Shown: positions 53,000 to 64,000 of the stretch, piece by piece
Position numbering within the stretch: the first letter of the stretch is position 1
Layout of the letters: each line of letters starts with the position of its first letter
NCBI GenBank assembly: GCA_025558095.1
Contig: JAIVFI010000001.1
Coordinates: 1,240,001 to 1,304,000, forward strand
DNA length: 64,000 nucleotides
Direction: 5' to 3'
Origin: Hyaloraphidium curvatum SAG 235-1
Lineage: Eukaryota; Fungi; Monoblepharomycota
The notes under the pieces: model-generated
What the model saw: only the letters and a program-made list of their open reading frames with translations
The model's database searches: none
What the model was told of the DNA's origin: nothing
Position numbers and translations under genes: made by a program

Positions 53000-53240
53000 T
53001 CTCGAAATGACTAGCCGAATGAGCGGATTGCAAGAGCGATTCATCGTCCGCGCCAGCGCCGCCGCCTCCTGCGCAGCCCACGACGTTCCCTTTTCGCAGG
53101 CACTTTCCCATCTCCTTTCGCTCCCACTCCCGCGCGCCGGATCGCGGCGGGGTCAGATCCGCCACCTCCCGCGGGAGCAGTCGGGCCGGAGGAGCCGGCG
53201 GGGCACGGCGGCGGACGAGGACCGCGCGGGCCGACGCGCG

Positions 53241-61001
<7,761 letters not shown>

Positions 61002-61125
61002 GTGGCCCGACGGTGAAAAGCATGTAGCAGTTGAGATGTTTTGGCATGGTCTGTCGCGTTGTACATAGATCTGGAAGACACGATCCTCGTACTCATCGAG
61101 ATCACAAGACGTCCGACCAATGATC

Positions 61126-61575
61126 TCACGCCGGGAATGCCGGCGCGGGGAAGACGGAGGAACTCGTTTCGGCCTTTTCTGCCTGTCCACCCTTGGCCGC
61201 AGCCAGCGCTGCGTTCATGGCAGCCTCCTTCGGGTCCTTCTTTGGCGCCCGAACGAACGGCGGACGTCCCAGCCGGGTCTTGAACACCGGAGACGCCCAT
61301 CCCGTCGTCGCGGGCAGAGAAACGCCCTCCGTGTTCTTGTCCTCAAGCATCTCAAGGCTCCGCCTGCCCTTCCGCAGAAGGAACTCGATCGCGGTAATGT
61401 CTTTGACCTGCACGTTGGCAGCGTTGGCCCGGAACTGCGATCCGACCCATTGGTGCAACGGCGCCCGAGCCGCGTCCGGCTTGTCCCGTATGCAGACGAG
61501 GAAGGCCCTATAAAGGCGGAGCACTTCGCGCTGAAGGCCCGTCTGCCTCGCTGCGGTGCGAACTCGCGAGGTCAT
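61126..61575 (-). CDS. SDHAF1: LYR-motif succinate dehydrogenase assembly factor 1 (Sdh6)
   Basis: TGLQREVLRLYR...FR...DITAIEFLLRKGRRSLEML. Confidence 0.8.
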   Translation of the reverse strand: MTSRVRTAARQTGLQREVLRLYRAFLVCIRDKPDAARAPLHQWVGSQFRANAANVQVKDITAIEFLLRKGRRSLEMLEDKNTEGVSLPATTGWASPVFKTRLGRPPFVRAPKKDPKEAAMNAALAAAKGGQAEKAETSSSVFPAPAFPA

Positions 61576-61738
61576 TGCGCGATGTCGGATCGGCAAGGGA
61601 TTCCGGCGGGCGGCCAACTCCTTGTGCGGCAGCATCGAGGACCTGAAGTCTCGTCTTCGGAGCACCGGAGGAAGGGCATCGGCGTTTGGAGACTGTACTC
61701 GGACAATTTCCGGGCACCGTTGCGCGGCAGCTTCCAGG

Positions 61739-63592
61739 ATGAGCGGCGCCACCAACGAACGCCTGCTCAAGTCTCTGGCCGACCTCTTCCCCGGTGGCGA
61801 CCAAGTCGTGACGAGCGAGAGCGATCTTGAGGCCCGCACGCACGATGTCACGCTCGTGCTTTACGGGCCGAAGCCCCTCGCTTCGGTTTACGTCAAGACG
61901 GAGGGGGACATTGTCAAGGTCATGAAGTGGGCGTCCACCGAGGGCGTCAAGGTTATTCCTTTCGCCGGTTCGTGGTCGCCCGACTGGAGAGTTAGTGGCT
62001 CGAATAGCTGACTCGATTGTGAAGCCGGGTCTTCGCTCGAGGGCCACGTTGTTCCGCTTCCTCCGGTCAACGCCACACCCGAACCGACCATCGTCCTGGA
62101 CTGTTCCAACATGGATAAGGTTATTGAAGTCAGACCTCACGATTTGGATTGCGAGGTTGAGCCCGGGATTGGTTGGATGGACCTGGAGCGTCAACTGAAG
62201 CCCACCGGCCTCTTCTTCCCGCCCGACCCGGGTGCCGCTGCGGCTCTTGGCGGAATGTGCGGTACCAGCTGCTCAGGGACCCTGGCATGGAAGTGGGGCA
62301 CGATGAGAGGTTGACGTTTGGGCTTGTTTTCATTGCCAAACTCTGATTCTCTGAACAGAGAACGTTCTTTCGTTACGTGTCGTGCTCGCGGACGGCACGG
62401 TCGTCAAGACGCGGTCGAGGGCAACCAAGTCCTCCGCGGGCTGTGGGTGTCTACCATCCCGAACCAGATCCTTTTGCTAACGAAACGGATTACAGACGAC
62501 CTGACCCGGCTCTTCATTGGCTCCGAGGGAACCCTGGGCGTCGTCTCGTCGTGCACTCTCCGCCTCAAGCGAATCCCCACCCACAAAGTCGCCGCGACCT
62601 TGCAGTTTTCCACCCTCGAGGGCGCGTGCCGCCTCGCACACGCTATCGTCGAGCGGTGCATTCCGCTGCAGCGGCTGGAGATCATGGATGCCGAGGCCGT
62701 TCGGGTGAGTCGCTTCGGGAACCGCTTCACCACAAGCTCTGACGAGTTTCCAGGCTGTCAACATCCACTACGATGCCGAGCTCCCCATCGCTCCGCTCAT
62801 GCTCCTTGATGTGGCTGGCCAAACCAAGAACGAGGTCGAGAGCCTGCTGCGTCAGACGGAAGAGCTTGTTGGGACCACCCGCGCGGCGATCGAAGCTGGC
62901 CAGGCCGGTGCTGGCGGCGCGTTCGGTGTTATTGGCTGGAAAATGACGTGGGACGAGAAGGAGGCCGAGGAGCTGTGGAGCACGCGCAAACGGGCCTTTT
63001 TCGCGAGCCGGAGCTTGAGGAAGGACCTTCTCGACAAGAAGGTCAAGCTCGAGGTGCTCGTCACGGATGTCGCGGGTCCGTTGTCCATCGCCCGCTCCTG
63101 CTCTTTCCGTTTGCTGACACCATTGTTGCCATCTAAAGTCCCGATCTCGAAGCTCGCGGAGGCGCTTCCTCGAATGCAGGACTTGGCGGCAAAGTACAAC
63201 CTCGTGAACTGCGTCGTTGCCCATGCCGGTGTGGTTTCCTTTCTCGCGCTTTGTCGGTCTTTGCTTATCTCTAGGCTACAGGCGACGGGAACTGGCACAA
63301 CCTGCTCGTCGTCAAGGAAGGCGATCACGAGGAGATTGAGCGCGCGGAGCTGTTCAAGGACGCCATGGCCGAGCTCGCCATCTCCTTGGGCGGCACCTGC
63401 ACCGGCGAGCACGGTGTGGGCACCGGCAAGAAGCATCTCCTGGAGAAGGAGCTCGGGCCCGAGGCCGTGGCGCTGATGCGGACGATCAAGAAGGCGCTGG
63501 ACCCGCGCAACATCCTCAACCCTGGCAAAGTGATCGATTTGGACCCGAAGGCGCCGCCGCGGACGCACTGGCTTGGCAAGCCGAAGCTGTAG
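61739..63592 (+). CDS. FAD-linked D-lactate dehydrogenase family oxidoreductase
   Basis: FFPPDPGAAAALGGMCGT, DLTRLFIGSEGTLG, HAG/DGNWH, GTCTGEHGVG and ALDPRNILNPGK; multi-exon. Confidence 0.92.
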
Positions 63593-63667
63593 GCGGGCTC
63601 AAAGTAGATCGTGCTGTTCCGATCAAGTGTCAATTTGCGAATAATTACCATACAGCAGGATCTCCAT

Positions 63668-64000
63668 TCAGGATTCGGTCAACGCCTTCAGCTTTGCGTC
63701 GTCGGCACAGTCAGGAACGTCCACAAGCCGCGCAATCTCCCCTTGCTGTTCCGTTCGTGAGGACAAGGAGCGAATGCTCATGACGAAGCAACCCACTGCT
63801 CCCCACTTGATCAGAGTCGGTACCGCGGTTCCTTTTACTTCCGCCAAATGCCTGTAGTAGTTGCCGGGGTCCTTCCAGGTCGGCTTGTCGCCTCCGTCAA
63901 GCAGCAGCAAGGTCGCGTCGGGAGACAGCGCTGCCCGGATCGTAGGCTCCGACCGTCGGCAGTCCGGGCACCACTGTCGATCGTGAGACGCACATGCAAT
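63668..64000 (-). CDS. thioredoxin domain-containing protein 17 (DUF953)-like, 5'-partial
   Basis: WCPDC active site, then GDKPTWKDPGNYYR and AVPTLIKW. Confidence 0.85.
   Translation of the reverse strand: MACASHDRQWCPDCRRSEPTIRAALSPDATLLLLDGGDKPTWKDPGNYYRHLAEVKGTAVPTLIKWGAVGCFVMSIRSLSSRTEQQGEIARLVDVPDCADDAKLKALTES

Overview
This is a gene-dense, GC-rich eukaryotic nuclear window with many short (about 50-70 nt) GT-AG spliceosomal introns. The gene content (fungal-type PRP8, GCP2/Spc97, JAC1, ORT1-like carrier, many MYND and F-box proteins) suggests an early-diverging, chytrid-like fungus; this is an inference. About 37 protein-coding genes and 5 decayed genes or remnants can be supported. 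Most other ORFs in the six-frame track are antisense or alternative-frame shadows of GC-rich coding DNA. I found no tRNA, rRNA or CRISPR array. The most interesting signal is absent from the ORF track. The 1.5 kb gap at 26.5-28.0 kb holds two tandem, decayed copies of a TnpB/Fanzor-like nuclease C-terminus (EEYSSQ ... RGLQRC ... CG ... RDKNSA ... GKRPxxF), each split by a spliceosomal intron at the same phase-1 position. Other notable points: a candidate 7TM ion-channel (gustatory-receptor-like) protein; several intronless bacterial-type genes; an intein-free PRP8 with an intron one codon from the classical intein site; an unusual GTGSGT donor bias; a 408-nt structured intron; and pseudogenised F-box-like paralogs. 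Family calls come from recognising motifs by eye, not from database searches, and boundaries of multi-exon genes are approximate.
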